Assembly (NCBI RefSeq): GCF_964355755.1
Contig: NC_092678.1
Coordinates: forward strand, 8,386,422-8,450,421
Reading direction: 5' to 3'
Source: Antedon mediterranea
Lineage: Eukaryota > Animalia > Echinodermata
Length of the DNA: 64,000 nucleotides
Position numbers and translations under genes: made by a program. Positions within the stretch are counted from its first letter, which is position 1, and every line of letters starts with the position of its first letter. The notes beneath the pieces were generated by a model. The model was not told the origin of the DNA, ran no database searches, and was given only the letters and a program-made list of their open reading frames with translations. Positions 27,163 through 42,200 of this stretch are shown piece by piece.

Positions 27163-27274
27163 ATGAGTACGTTCGGAGGAACAATGGCCGAATATCCACA
27201 CGTGGTTATCGACAGATTTGTGGGCGCCTTGAACATGAAGGCCACTGCATACTTCCTATCACATGCTCACACAG
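27163..27274 (+). CDS. DCLRE1C: Artemis exon 1
   Basis: [37 protein letters not shown]|gtaagc. Confidence 0.96.
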
Positions 27275-30200
27275 GTAAGCCTATGCTAACCCAGTTTTAG
27301 GTGCGAAAGTGTAGAAACGCCGCATAGTCTAGGCCTAGGTAGAGTCTCTATTTTATATGTCAAATCAGGCTTTGTATAATTTAATATAATAATAAATAAG
27401 GAAATATTCGAGGATCAGTCTTCTCAATCACCAACAAGCATGTAATAACTAATACTGTATACAGTACGCCGTGGTTAGGATTCCGGCACCGGAACTAAAC
27501 TGCCCACCGTTAGGGAATCCGACACGCTATTGCGCATGGCCAGAGCTCTGGGAAGTGAATTATAGCTTGCATTAACAGTGCCACACCACCACACCACGGA
27601 GAGTCGGAGTGTTATAGGGATTTACTGTAGCCTAGATAGTCGTTGCGCGAGCGAGAGAGCGATGGATGAAACTTTGCCTATGCCATACATGAATTAATAA
27701 TTAAAATACGACTACCCCACGCGTTAAAATAATTCTAATGATATTAATAAGTATCAGTATCTTTCTAAGAATCGTAATGCTGTTTTTAGCGTTGCGACCC
27801 TGACTTCCCGAACAGTTTTTTCACATCCACGCGGTGGCTGCCGTCAACAAATCAACTTGTGATTGCATGTTGTTATGTACAGTATAATGCGTTATGAAAA
27901 ATCATAAAACTAGTCATGTAATTATATAATTCATAATGATATGAAGTTTATATATGAATGAAGCAACCACTTTTTAATTACAAAATAAATACTATAGGCC
28001 CACTGGTCACGTCTAACTGGTAGCCCTAGCCTAGATTGCCATAGATAGACTCTGGGCATGCGCAATAGCGTGTCGGATTTCCTAACGCTGGGCAGTTGAG
28101 TTCCGGTGCCGGAATCCTAACCACGGCGTATACAGTACAGGTATTACTATTATATAGTAATAGTATTATAAATATTTGTGAGTGGTGGTCGCGGCGACCC
28201 CACCCAGACAGGTAGCCGATCACTCCGGCCGCGCTTCACTCCGGCCGCCGTATCAGTTTAGCGCGATGTTATGCACTCCGGCCGCTATTCAATTCGACTT
28301 CCTGTGCAAAGGGGCCGTTAGTATGGAGCGCCCATATCTACGTTTTCTATACTGTTCAGTGTTATAACAAATTCTTGGTGAATTTAAATGGAACTAGTTA
28401 AATATTTATTAGCAACAATTTTACTTTTTTCATTAACAATAACATTCAAAGAAGTTGGAACTGCTTTTTCTTTCAAACTAAACTTAACTTAATTAAATTC
28501 AATAATAAAATAATAATCAAATACCCGTCTAATTAATGATTGAATAACAATATTTAATTTCTTTCTATGTACATTTATTTTTATAGCTTTACATTTATTA
28601 ACATTAAAAATTAGTTAAAACCCTTATTTTTATAACACTTTATCTTGCCAGTACCCATACTTACTAATTATATTTTTGTGGATTTTTACTTTTATGTTGA
28701 ACCAAAACGAACGAAAAGGAATAAAATTACCTTCGTGACGTTTCGCCGACAATCTGTCAGCTGCTTCAGACTAATGCCTGGGTTGGAATGGTCTGGTTTT
28801 TTGTAAGTGACGCTGAACAGCGCCACCAGCCGTCTGGTTGGTATTGACGATAGAGCGTCTCCGCTGGCTCCCCTCCTGCTTTTTCCAGCAAACTATCATA
28901 TGTATGTGGGAGGTCATACCCACCAATGTCTCTGTTGATATTATGTGGTCTTTTTCTTATGCAGATAGATTCTTTTATCTTTCTTTTGTCTGTCTGTGCT
29001 TCTTTTTCAATAACTCTCGCATTCCAATTTGGAATATGGTCATTCCCTATAGCGTGGTCATTTATGGCTGACTTATGTAAAACCTGGGACGAAGAATTTC
29101 TATTTGCGCGTGTTCTAACTACTTGGTTGTGTGTTGATACGTCTTTTTTATGTTCCCCAATTCTTGTATTCAGTGCCCTTCCGGTCTCTCCTATATATAC
29201 TTTCTCACAGTTTAGACAGTTCACTTCGTATATAACCCCGCACATGTCTTCCGTTTTTATTCTATCTTTTGGGTGGACCAGTCCATTTTTTAATTTATTA
29301 CTTGGAATGAAGAAAAAACCAGACCATTCCAACCCAGGCATTAGTCTGAAGCAGCTGACAGATTGTCGGCGAAACGTCACGAAGGTAATTTTATTCTTTT
29401 TCGTTCGTTTTGGTTCAACATAAAAGTAAAAATCCACAAAAATATTATTTGGAACCAGATGAATTTATTCAATGTTACTAATTATAGTTAATAACAATAT
29501 GTAAAATATTAATTAATTTATTTCAAATAATCAAGTATCCGTCTAATTAATGTTACCTGGAATTGTATCAAGAATTAATATATCATTTTTGTACAGTCCA
29601 ATTTACAATGATTTTATATTTTAATTTATATATGATAAAAATAATATGACATATAGGCCTAGGGTACATTGCAATAAATTACATTAATTAATCACATTAC
29701 AATTAACATACTAGCCTATTACATAATTGGATAAAACACATAAATTATTTTGTTTTAGCATTAGACCTAATTTAAAACACTTGCGATGTTGTTGTGATCC
29801 TGAAAGAGAAAAAATATACTGTATGATTACAAATGTTTATTTTGATTCTCTACAAAAAACGTGTCTCGGTTGAAAAAGACTCATTGGGCGCTCCATACAG
29901 TACAGAAAGAAAATACTGCAACTTTACCTACGAAGTAGCTTCGTAGATAGAACGTAGGCTACGTTGTTGGCTTCGTAGGTTCCATTGTTTGGCTTCGTAA
30001 CCTCAATAAACAACTTTCAATGAGCTACGTTCTGAACTTCGTAGGGAGTTCGTAACCAAAATAAACAACCCTACGATGTTCTTAGTGAAGTAAGGTGTGA
30101 AATTAATGTGTTATATTTAATTGGCGGAGGACAAAGTTGTAAATTAATAAAAAATAAATAATATTTTTTAATCGTAATATTTTCCTTCGTGCGTGTTTAC

Positions 30201-33200
30201 CTACTCAACGGCAAATATAAATTTCCCACGATGTATAACGTAGAGAGAGACACGATCCAACACAGGTGAACCGCAACGAACAGGCCAACTAATAAACATA
30301 ATATAGCGAACGTCCCATCCAGAAACGATGCCGAGAAAAAAAGATCGTAAACAATTCATTCTAAATATAGCATCAGGACGTTCAATCGGTCGTTCAAAAA
30401 GACTGCCGACAGAACGACCGTAATTAATACAGACCTAGTTTTTTTTTGGGTCACTTGGCATGAAACCCGATACTCTCTGCTTACCGCAATCTCTCACATG
30501 TTTTTTTTTTTAGGGTGGCTACCGTCTGACGACGATAAAAAACAGTAATTAAGATCGTGTACCTGGATTTTGTGTCACATGACATGAAACATAATACTCT
30601 CTTTAAACTGCTCAGCTCACATGTTTTTTCCCCTCCAAATTCTGGTCGGGCCTTTTTCTTTATACATGTCGTAATCATTTTAAAAGGCCTATTTATTTAT
30701 GTTAAATCTTAATATGGAATATATATTTATTTTGCATATATTTTGTTGGTGTCCTAGCCTAGTTGTCGTTTTTATAATTCGTTAACCCAACAAGGTAGGA
30801 ATAAATAATTTATAGTGTAGGCCGCCGAAACAGGCTAGCTAGGCCTAGCCTAGCCTCGACTCTCTCTACGTGAGCTGATGTCCACCGGCCCGATGTCGTT
30901 TCGTCGGCGGATTTCCGTCCAAATTTAATAACAAACAATACATCGTAGGCTACAAACAATACATCGTAGGAGAGAACAACTACCTACGATGTAGGGCGGC
31001 TACAAAAATTGACCTACTATCTTTAGGTAGGATTTTAATTAGCAAACAATACATTGTTTGTTTGCATTGTCCATGCTTCTACGAACCACCCTACGATCGA
31101 GGCGTAGCCTAGATTTCATAACAATACATCGTAGGCTACAAACAATACATCGTAGGTAGGAGAGAACAATACATCGTAGGCTACGAACAATACATCGTAG
31201 GAGAGAACAATACATCGTAGGCTACAAACAATACATCGTAGGCTACAAACAATACATCGTAGGAGAGAACAATGACCTACGTTCTACCTACGAAAGCCTA
31301 CGCGTAGATACGAAGCAGTAATTTCTTTCTGTACTGTAGCTGCGGCCGGAATGAATCGTGGCCGGAATGAATCGCGGCCGGATTGAAGCGTGGCCGAATT
31401 GAAGCGCGGCCGGAGTGATCTGTATTCCCCAGACAGACCTACTGTATTAATATTACTTGCTACTCCGCTGCGCCACCACATGAATTTTGGAATATAAGGT
31501 TAGCAAAAAATGCAGTTCGTAAACATCAAACCAATGATGTTCTTTGTGAAGTAACAAGTTGCGCAAAATTAATGAGTAAATTTTGACCGACGAAAGTTGT
31601 AAATTACTCAGAAGCGGGTCCTACTAAGCAGTCACCAGATCCTACCAGAGCAACAAATCCTACCACCAGACAGAGATCAGCCACCTGCTTTGAATTGATT
31701 ATTAATGGTATATTGCAAATTTCAAAGCTCTTAATTCTTTCAGAAACTGATAAAATTGAAGTTAAAAGTGGTTTTCTCACACACACACACACATTAACTA
31801 AACTAGGCTATGTTTCATTTTTTTCTTTCAGATCATATGGTAGGGTTAGGATCAAGTACCTTTTCTAAAAGATTGAAAAAAGGGTAAAAAAAAATACATT
31901 ACAGACTAAAAATAAACTAGAATTAAGCATTGATTGGAAAAGTCCTATCCGGACCTCTCATGAAAATAAACATGAATATTCATTAGTCATGTCCATAAGG
32001 TGTGACATAAGAATTGACAATTCGATAATGCAAATGCTTTCCATCGACCTGTCTGTGTAGTCGAATAGATTAGACTATGGACTTTGCATGTCGATGTACA
32101 GTATAGGGTTTGAATACAATTAGCAATTTCTGTTTACTTTAGTGTATAGTGAGAGATTGCAGGGCTCGATTTATCTTTTTCATGTTGCTAGCCCACTGGG
32201 CTAGTTCACTGTAGATTTCACTAGCCGATACATTATTTTACTAGCCCACTCTTATTATCGCACCGTGATAGCAGGGCCGCCATATAAATGAATTCAGGCA
32301 TTTTGTACAATAGAGGGCGCACTAATCTAAACGCTCGAGAATTGCTACACATTTACATACATACTGTATTAAACTATTATTGCATGAAAAATTACACAGA
32401 ATCGATTTATTGAGGTCTTTTTGTTGTTGGGCTTCAACCTAGCCAAGAAAACTAATTAGATTCTGTCTACCTTAGACTAGGCCTAGTCTAGAACCTATTA
32501 TTATAGTAGGGTAGCTAGGATAGACCTGCCTAGATCGCATTGGAGCACCTGCCCTACTGTTACCAAAATGGTAGTATCTTGCTAGGCCTAGCTGCTGAGC
32601 AGCCATCACAATGCCAAACAATGGCTTTTGATTCCTACGCATATTATAAAATATGGCCTCCATGGCCTACCTACAGGGATAGAGCCAGCCACCCGGCCCT
32701 ACAAAATATCCCTAGCTTTGATCTGTGACAACCAGGCCTGACATATGACAAGATCGACTAGACGAGTTATTTTTAACATTGACAAAATTCTACTACATTT
32801 GGCCAATCACAGCTTGTTATTTATGGTCATATTTTTGTGACATGTACATGTTTGACCTGATAATGAAGCTCCGCCTACTTCACAATAACCTGGGTGACAA
32901 AAACATAAATGGCCAATCATAATTCGGGAAATTTGCTTGATTATGAGAGGCTCCGCCTACATCATCACTTGTTATGGCCACAGCAGCGTGCGAGTGGTTT
33001 TTTTTGCTGATGTTGCCAAGACATATGTCTTTTATGCTGGAGTTATTTTTATGAGGTCATTTCGTCCCAATTTCGAGTTCTCACAACCTACTAGCCATCC
33101 GGGCTTAAAGAAAGATACTATAGGTAGCCCGGAGCTGTTTTTACTAGCCATTGTACGCCAGGCTAGCACTAAATCAAGCCCTGAGATTGAGATTATTTAG

Positions 33201-36200
33201 AGTTATATTTAGGAAGTATGATTAAAAAATCGCTATCCGAACGCCGACTACAATCATTCAGGGTTATATTTAACCAAGACCAGTGCAGGATCTAGTAGAA
33301 CTTACCTACCGTATATTTCGGTGTATAAGTCGCACCTGTGTATAAGACGCACCCCCAACTGAGAGTAAAATATCGGTATTTTTTATATCGTCGATGTATA
33401 AGACGCACCTTATATTTCATCAAAACAATGTTTTTTTAAATTGTAATCAATATTATTGTAATAATATATTTTGTTATATCTACAACGGCGTCCTTTATTT
33501 AGGTTTTTTCTTACCTAGGCTCGACCGCGCCCAGCCTCAACAAGTTCTTTCTAACTTGTTATTCATGAGTTTCGCCGCAACATCGAGTGCATGCATGACC
33601 GTGTGTGTAACACGCACGTGTGTGGGCTAGCCTCGCTCGATCATTTCGAGAGGGCGCACGTTTTCACGGACAATCGTATTCGATTAGTATCTATGTATCC
33701 GAGAAGTGTGTACGCTAGGTCCATGCTATAATCACCTGGAGAATATACTAGTCGAATACCGTACACCATGTGCCACCAAAAGAAGGGCTTGCGCTTGGGG
33801 TACGGCGATCGTGCGTATAACTACTGTATAAATAAATACTATTCCAATCGTACGACGTAAACGTTTACAAATGAAATTTTATCGGAGCGCCATAATGAAC
33901 AAATCTTTTCATCATATTTAGTATAACATCATGCTAAAATGACTTGAAAACTAGGCCTAGGCAGAAGCAGGTTGCCGTTACGTTAGTTAGTTACTGTAGC
34001 TAGGCCTAGCAAACGAGGTGACGATAGCCTACCTAGGCCTATGTACAATCTGTGTGGTGAGGTATTTATGTTCGGTGTATAAGACGCACCCTTAATTTAG
34101 AGGTCAAATTTGCGTGTCAAAAGTGCGACTTATACACCGAAATATACGGTAGTCTTAACCATGGTTGCTACAAGTTCAATCTTTGATTTTGTAACATTTT
34201 TTGATTATTAAATTTGAAAATTTGTTTCATCAAGTACACTACTAACTAACTTCTCACATGATTTAACATGGTCTGCTCACGTTAATGATGTATCGATGAA
34301 ATCAATGAGAATGCTTGGGTTTATCAAACGGTTTGTAGGTTTCAATGACACCGAAATTTTACTACGACTTTTTAATGGACTTTGTCGACCTGTTATTGAA
34401 TATGGTGCTCCTGTGTGGGGGATCCACATCAAAAACAACATAATATAGCTATTAACAAGTCATTAAGACGGGTTACTAAATTGTGTGTTGAAGGCGATTT
34501 CACTGACAGGCTTAAGATACTAAATTTACCAGATATGGTTCAAAGAATGAAATTTCATAGTATAATTTTTGTAGTAAAGTGTTTGCATAATTAAATTGAT
34601 TTTGATATATTTGAATACCTTACAATTAATTCTCGGTATCCAGAGTCGCTCACCTTTAAACACATATGCTAGAACTAATGCATTTAAATACTCCCTGTTT
34701 GTTAATTTCCCTCGAATATGGGAATGTATCCCGCATGAAGTTCGTAACAAAGTCCTGTTTAACTTTGGGGGGTTTAGAAGGGATTTGAAAAAATGTATTA
34801 CTGATATCGAATTCATCTAGACTATCACTGTGTTTTATGTCTTTTGCGTTTTTCGTACTATTAGTTGGGAAAGCCACTCGACAGTGCAGTTCTTTTGAAC
34901 TGATCCACTTTTGGTTACCCGCAGGTGCTGATAGTAGGTATCCCAATGAAAGCGCACAGAGGGGTATCACTTTTGAAATATTGACGAAATTCGAAAAAGT
35001 AGTATGACTTTGATGTTAAATAAATCGTATTCAATCTTAATTAATACTTACAAAATTTATATTGTTTGAAAGTACTTGTTTTAATCTATGTATAAGTGTG
35101 TTTATAATTAAAATTAATGAATTAGTTGCCGAGAAAATGCGATTTTAAAACGGTTCTAAAATCCCGTCTAAAATCGGAAAATCCCCATCAGTTTTCAAAA
35201 CACGATCGCAGGATTACCATTGAAGCTAGCGGATTAATTTTTGTTGTATGTTATCAGGCTTTAAATAAGCTTTAATTTGATACAAAAATCGACTTCTATA
35301 AATAGGTTTTTCGTAACGAAAAGTCAATTTTTGTGACAAAAATCCAATTTTGATTCACCGTTTATGGAAAAATATTATGGATTTTGGTATTAAATTATAG
35401 CTAAATCTACATTGAAATCGATAAAACATAGTTTACAAACGTATTGTGCATGGTAATTGTGCGAACTACATTTTAAAATGGTGCATGAGGCGTAAATCCC
35501 GTTCAACATTTTAAAGATCCAACCATTATAATCCGGTGAATATTGTAGTGAGTAAAATATTGTACTCTAAAATACGCGCGTGTTTGTTGTGGCGTTTTCC
35601 GTTAAATACATTAATGCACCCTATCAGCGAATGGTACGTTCCATATTTTGAACACGTTGTTTAGTTTTCCTCGCTCGAGTTCGACCGGCTCGACGCGAGA
35701 TGTGTGACAGCAGCGATGTCGGAGATTGACATGTCCTTTTCCGTCGTAGAATATCTGGTTTTACACATTAATTTAACAACTTAAAATTGATGTAATGTGC
35801 GGAAGATTTATTATGCAAGTATACAATGCAAATGCGAAAATTTATTAAGCTAATTTAGCAACGTTACATTTGACTCTATATACGGCGGTCGAAAGTCATT
35901 AACTGCGACCGAAATACTTTAACGGGAGCGACTACTGATCGCGAGTAAGCCGTGACTTGTCCTAAACTTTAGCTCCGTATTTCAATTTAATAACGTAATA
36001 ATACGAAAAGAAAACAATTTTTATAATGTTATATATACTATTCAGGTAAACAATTAATTGTTTTAATTAACATTGATTATTTTAAATGAGTTTATTTTGA
36101 CCCATATTGTGCGTTTGCCTTAAAAGAGCATATCTTACTTAGATTTGGTGTCATAATCATACGGGCCTAAAATCTTGTTTTACGTATTCAAAAGTTATAT

Positions 36201-39200
36201 ATAATAGTATTTATGATTGAAATTATAAATATAAAGTATATTAAAATATTCTAATAATTATACTTACCGAAAATTAGTGTAAAAGAAAGGAAACAGTACA
36301 CACCGTTTTTAACATACTTCTTCATTTTTTTTTTTTTATAATTTTAAATTTCACCATTAAAAAACATTTTTTTTTTCATATACACATCTAAAATATATTT
36401 ATTAATGAAATATACACTACATTCTAACAAGTACAAAAAAAATTAAATGAATTAGTACAGTAGTTCAAAAGTTACAGATCATTGAAAAATTACAGTTTTT
36501 TCATTTTTTTTAGGGAATTCCAGCAAAAATGGGCGCTAAATGCTTTCCTACCACTTTGCGGACCAATAATTTAAAAAATAGGTTTCGTTGAGGCTCCAAA
36601 AAAAATAGAGTTGTACAACTCTGTGATATCTATAGGTTTAACAAAATTCAAAACTTTTAACTAATTATTGTTAAAGTTATAACCTTTTAAAAATGCTTCC
36701 AATTTCAACTGCAAAAAACACCATTTTTAGGCAAAAAATCGTATATTTTTTTACCACTTTAAATAACCATAACTTTAGAACGGGTAATCGGATTTCAATC
36801 ATTTAAATTGCAAAATTCTAATTACATTAAGTTCTTTATGGTTAACTGAAAGAAAAAGTAAAAAAATTTATCTGAATTTTTTCATTGGGATACCTACTGA
36901 TAGTACTTTTGTTCTGTTTTGTTGAATGATGCCGTACCTTGTTTATGATTTTTGTATGTTACCTGGAAATTGAATAAAATAAATAAAATAAAATACAAGA
37001 AAATATATGTTTCTAAGCAGAATACAAATAATGAATGTTTATGAGTGCGATGGTACAAATAATTTCATGAAGTGAAAAATTATGAATATATCACTATTTA
37101 TTACCCGAAAAAGCTTGTAAAATATTTGTAGGTGTGCAGTATTCTGCAGTTACAATAAATTTGACAAGAGTGACGATATTGACCAGTCCTATGGCCACCA
37201 CTTTGCTGATTACATAGTTACTGTAGCTCTCTAAACCAATCTATGACCTCAATGATACTTTCATTCATACTTGAAGTTGATTAGTTTACTAACTTTAAAA
37301 AAATGTAATTGTTAGTTAATATATTTAAAATGTTGTTATTTATAATGTACAGTTCTCCTGATGTAAAACTATACTGCTCGTCGGTGACGAAACTGCTATT
37401 GTTAAAAGATGACAGATTTGAACACTTGCAACCACACATTGAATGCCTCCCTATTAACCAACCAACATCTGTTGTCACTGAAAATTACTCAAAGGTATGT
37501 TTTCTTTTAATACAGTTGGCATCCCCTATTAATGCAGGGCTGCAAATTAACTTTTTTACTTGGTAGCACTATCAAATTTGTATGATGGCTCACAATAATT
37601 TTGGGTAGCACCACCAATTTTTTTAGTAGCACCTTTTCATCGACAACTAACCCCCTTACTTCAAACCCCATCCGCGCATATCCGTTTTTAGTTTAGTGGG
37701 GGGGGGGGGGGAGGTGTATAAAAATGAAAGTCCCCCTTTTAAAAAAAAAAAGTAATTATAGGTTCTTTCAATCGATTTCTGAGCACATAAATTGGGTTAT
37801 GCACATTTTAGGCACTGGATTACTGCTTTGTATATACACGTAACCTTTCGTAGCCTACGCGTAAATAGATCGTAGGTCATTGTTCTCTAAACGTATCCTG
37901 CAATTTACAAAGTATTGTTCATTGCCTACGATGTATTGTTTATGATAATATCTACGCATCGATACACCAATGTCATCGCCTTTAGGAGCATGAACAATGG
38001 AAACAAACATGTATTGTTGGCTAATTAAAATCCTAGAAGACGTTAATTTGTGTAGCCGCCCTACACATCGGTTGTCCTAATTTGGCAGGACATCCGCCGA
38101 CGAGACGACCTTGGGCCCGAGGCCCTCAACTCACGCAGAGAGAGTTTCGGCGGCCTACATGATTCAATCCGGCCATTCAATCCTACCTTGGTTTAGCGAA
38201 TTATAAAAACAACACCACCTTGGCTAGGACACCAACAAAATATATGCAAAATAAATATATATTCCATGTTAAGATAACATAAACCATTGTAAATTATTAT
38301 TACGATAAAAGGCCCGACCAGAATTTGGAGGGGAAAACGTGCAAATCGTGGGAACAGTTTAGAGCTGTATTACGTTTCATGTGACGCAAAATTCAGGTAC
38401 AAGTACTCTGTTTTGTAAATTGTAGCCACCCCTCGTATATCTACTGAGTAAAAAAAAACATGCGAGAGGTTTGCGGTGTGGTGTAAAACAGAGTATCGCG
38501 TTACATGACATGTGACCAAAAAACTAGGTCTGTATTAATTACTGTCTTCTGTCGGCAGTCTTTTTGAGCGACAGATTGAACGTTCTTATACTATTATTTA
38601 GAATGAATTGTTTACGATCTTTTTGTTTGCATGTTTTTGGATCGACTGGACGTTCGCTATATTATTTTTATTAGTTGGCATAGTTCATTGTGTTGGATCG
38701 TGTCTCTACATTTGCATTGTGGGAAATTTATATTCGCCGTTGAGAGTAAAAAAACACACACGAATGAAACATTACAAATAAAAAATATTATATTACTGTA
38801 TATATTTCTTAGTAATGTACAAATTGGTTCTCCTCCGCCAGTCAAAATTAACACATTAAATATGTGTATTGTTAAATAATATATAGTGTTTTTAAATATT
38901 GTAATTAATTTTTTTTATATGAAACGTTTTTATATATTTTTGTACAATTTTGTGAAAAGCACTCAAAATATTTTCCTATGTGGACGAAATAAAGTTATCA
39001 ATATATTAATAATAATTTTCACACCTTATTACTTACTAAGAACATCGTGAGGTTGTTTATTGAGGTTACTAACGAAGCCAAACAATGTAACCTACAAAGC
39101 CAACAACGTAGCCTGTTTTATCTACGAAGCTACGTACTTCGTAGGAAAAGTTGCGGTATTTTCTCTGATATATAATTTTCGATAATCAGAATCTGGAATA

Positions 39201-42200
39201 AAGTATTAAATCTACTGATAAACAATACTGCCGTTTAATCTATATAATGAATAGATATTTAATATTATATATATCATTAATTACATTATTTAGTAATCAT
39301 GATATATAACCATTGTACTGCCTAAAAAATGCTGATGGCTGCGCGGCGACAATCCTTTGTATCTACCGCGCCCGCCCTGGCTAACTTCTGGTTACGGCGG
39401 TACAATTGTTTTTTTATATTCCTTCTTTAAAACGGAGGTGATTTTCCACGAGGTTTGTGTCGTCCGCGCGTCACACTGTGCTGTGTGTTTGGTGTCTTTT
39501 GTGTGATTGGGTAAGGCAGCATGCAATAAATGTACGAACTTCCAATCACAACGAGTGTAAAATGTTTAGGGGCTTTGTCCGCTTGAATGAACCCGACTCC
39601 TTTGCGGCGGCGGTGACTAGTGGAAACTCCTGAGCCTTCCGTAGTAGAGAGATTAAATTACAACACAGTGTTTGAAATAGGGAAAACACACCTCGCACAA
39701 GCAGACGATCTTGTCGCTATGCGCGACCTATTCTGTTTCTTTAGTCGCAAACAGAAAAATTAGGTCGCAAATGCGACCAAATACCCCTTAATTTGCAGCC
39801 CTGTAATGGGATAATTTTAAGATCCAATAAAGTTTCCCCTTAGAGGTGTTCCCCAAATTGAATTTGGGTTAGCCATAGTGTTGACAAATAACAATGTCTT
39901 CCCTTTGTTTGTTTAAAAATCAACAATATCAAACTAGTGCGATGTGCCCAAATATGGTAGTGATATGACATCATCTTGTCCATATATGGGCGCATCACAT
40001 TTTTTTATCACAAAGTTTGATAGTGTAGACTTATAAACAATAACAACTAAAACTATTATCTAACGATATATTTTCTGACAGTACTTGCTTTTGGATGTGT
40101 ACGAAATATAAAGGTTTTCAATATTTGTTTTTTTTTTTTTTTTAGAATGAGTCACTGATTGTTACTTTATTACCAGCAGGCCATTGTCCTGGCTCAGTCA
40201 TGTAAGTTTTTGAATTCTGAACTTCAGGTTCCACAAGTAGTTGAATTGATAATGTATGTAAATGGGAATTAATAAACTGCTGTATATTAAATCCTACCCC
40301 CTAGAATATGAAACTGCTCTCCTTGGCCATGGTTATGGTGTTAGAACAAGTTTTCCCGGACAAGGACTACCTCCAGTTTACACATCTGCGTCCTCTGCAC
40401 CATAAAGAAAGCAGTTCATCTTTCGAAAGAGTACGGGTTACCATGGTGTACTGGTTCATCTCAGCTATTTGAAATTTATATTTATACTGGGTAACCTCTT
40501 CAGTCAAAGACTGGTCTCCCAGAGGGCCCAGTTGGTGATCAGTGGCTGTGATGTACTAATACACCGGGGTAACCCCCTACTCGTCTCGAAAGATGTACTA
40601 GGTTCTTTGAAGTGCACACGAGCTAGATGTGTACACTGGACCTACGGTTTATAGTCCTTATCCGAGAAGACTCGTTCTACCACCAGAACCATGGAGTGAG
40701 TGAGCCTCGAACCCCTGCCGTTGTTATGGCTACGTAATTACGGTTCCACTGTCTTAACCGCTCGACCACTCACTCACTTGATGAAAGACAACAGTTGTAC
40801 GACATAAATGGAACCATAGTTCAAATAAGCCTGGTTGGCCGATTCCGCCACATTTACATTTGATAGTGAACTTAATATACTTTTATTGATTTTTTTCTTG
40901 TAGGTTTTTGTTTGAAGGAGTCAATGGTGTAGTTTTGTATACTGGTGATTTTCGTTTAAGTAAAGGTGATGCTGCCCTCATATCTCATCTACATTCTGGT
41001 TCAAGGTAAACATGTTGCCTAAACTATTTTTTTTCATAACATTGACATTAGAATCAAACAATTAAGCCTATTGAATTAAATTATTTAAATTTTGTATTAA
41101 AATCTACATAAATAAAGGTTCTGAGCCACAGTGGAGCGCTTACTATGATCAGCACACCAGGAGACAAATCCCTGCTGTTAATGTATCTCCCAATACCCAA
41201 GATTTCAATGTTTAAAAAAAGATAGCACCCTCTATAGTGTTGTAAAGCTTTATACACTGTTCACTTTTGATGTACAGTACAGAAAGAAAATACTGCAACT
41301 TTACCTACGAAGTAGCTTCGTAGATAGAACGTAGGCTACGTTGTTGGCTTCGTAGGTTCCATTGTTTGGCTTCGTAACCTCAATAAACAACTTTCAATGA
41401 GCCACGTTCTGAACTTCGTAGGGAGTTCGTAACCTAAATAAACAACCCTACGATGTTCTTAGTGAAGTAAGGTGTGAAATTAATGTGTTAAATTTAACTG
41501 GCGGAGGACAAAGTTGTAAATTAATAAAAAATAAATAATATTTTTTAATCGTAATCTTTTCCTTCGTGCGTTTTTACCTACTCAACGGCGAATAAAAATA
41601 TAAATTTCCCACGATGTATAACGTAGAGAAAGACACGATCCAACACAGGTGAACCGCAACGAACAGGCCAAATAATAAACATAATATACAGTACCGGACA
41701 GAATTATTGCAGATTTTGAACGCATTCAACGCATTGTTAAAGTGTTGACAACGCGTTGAAACTGCGTTGTCCGTTGGCGTTGAAAGTGTTGAGTTCGTTG
41801 AACTGTTTATTCAACCAACACAATGTGTTGCGTTGAGTTTGCGTTGAAATAACGAACAATCGGATTTGTATGGTATTTACAGATTGCCAGTGTGTATTAG
41901 TAGTAGTAGTAATAGTATAAAATACAGTATTACAAATATTTAAGAAAACAAACATAATGTGTATTTTTCCGCGGAAACCTAGCTTAATATATTACACTAG
42001 GCTAGGCCTACTACTCGAGTAGGCCCCGTGTGTATATGAGCCGCGTCTGCCATCACAGTTAAAAGTAGTGGTCATGTCCTTAATTACTGTGTGCCTATAT
42101 TAACTGGAGTATTAAATACCAAAGTTAAGGCGGCGGTGAATCTTGGAGGCTAGGTCACATCGTAATTAATTATTTCCAAACTAAAAACTTCGCAGTACTG

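Larger units (their letters stand above)
28212..31427. mobile_element. MULE-type foldback element hosting a Penelope fragment and element X
   Basis: 9-bp TSD CCCAGACAG (28203-28211, 31428-31436); TIR core GATCACTCCGGCCGCGCTTCA with CCGGCCG subterminal repeats. Confidence 0.8.

Noticed and set aside
28926-29423. 165-aa plus-strand ORF
   Set aside because: Antisense shadow of the Penelope endonuclease ORF
40469-40654. Near-identical 61-aa ORFs at 40469 and 47828
   Set aside because: Antisense reading of two SINE copies
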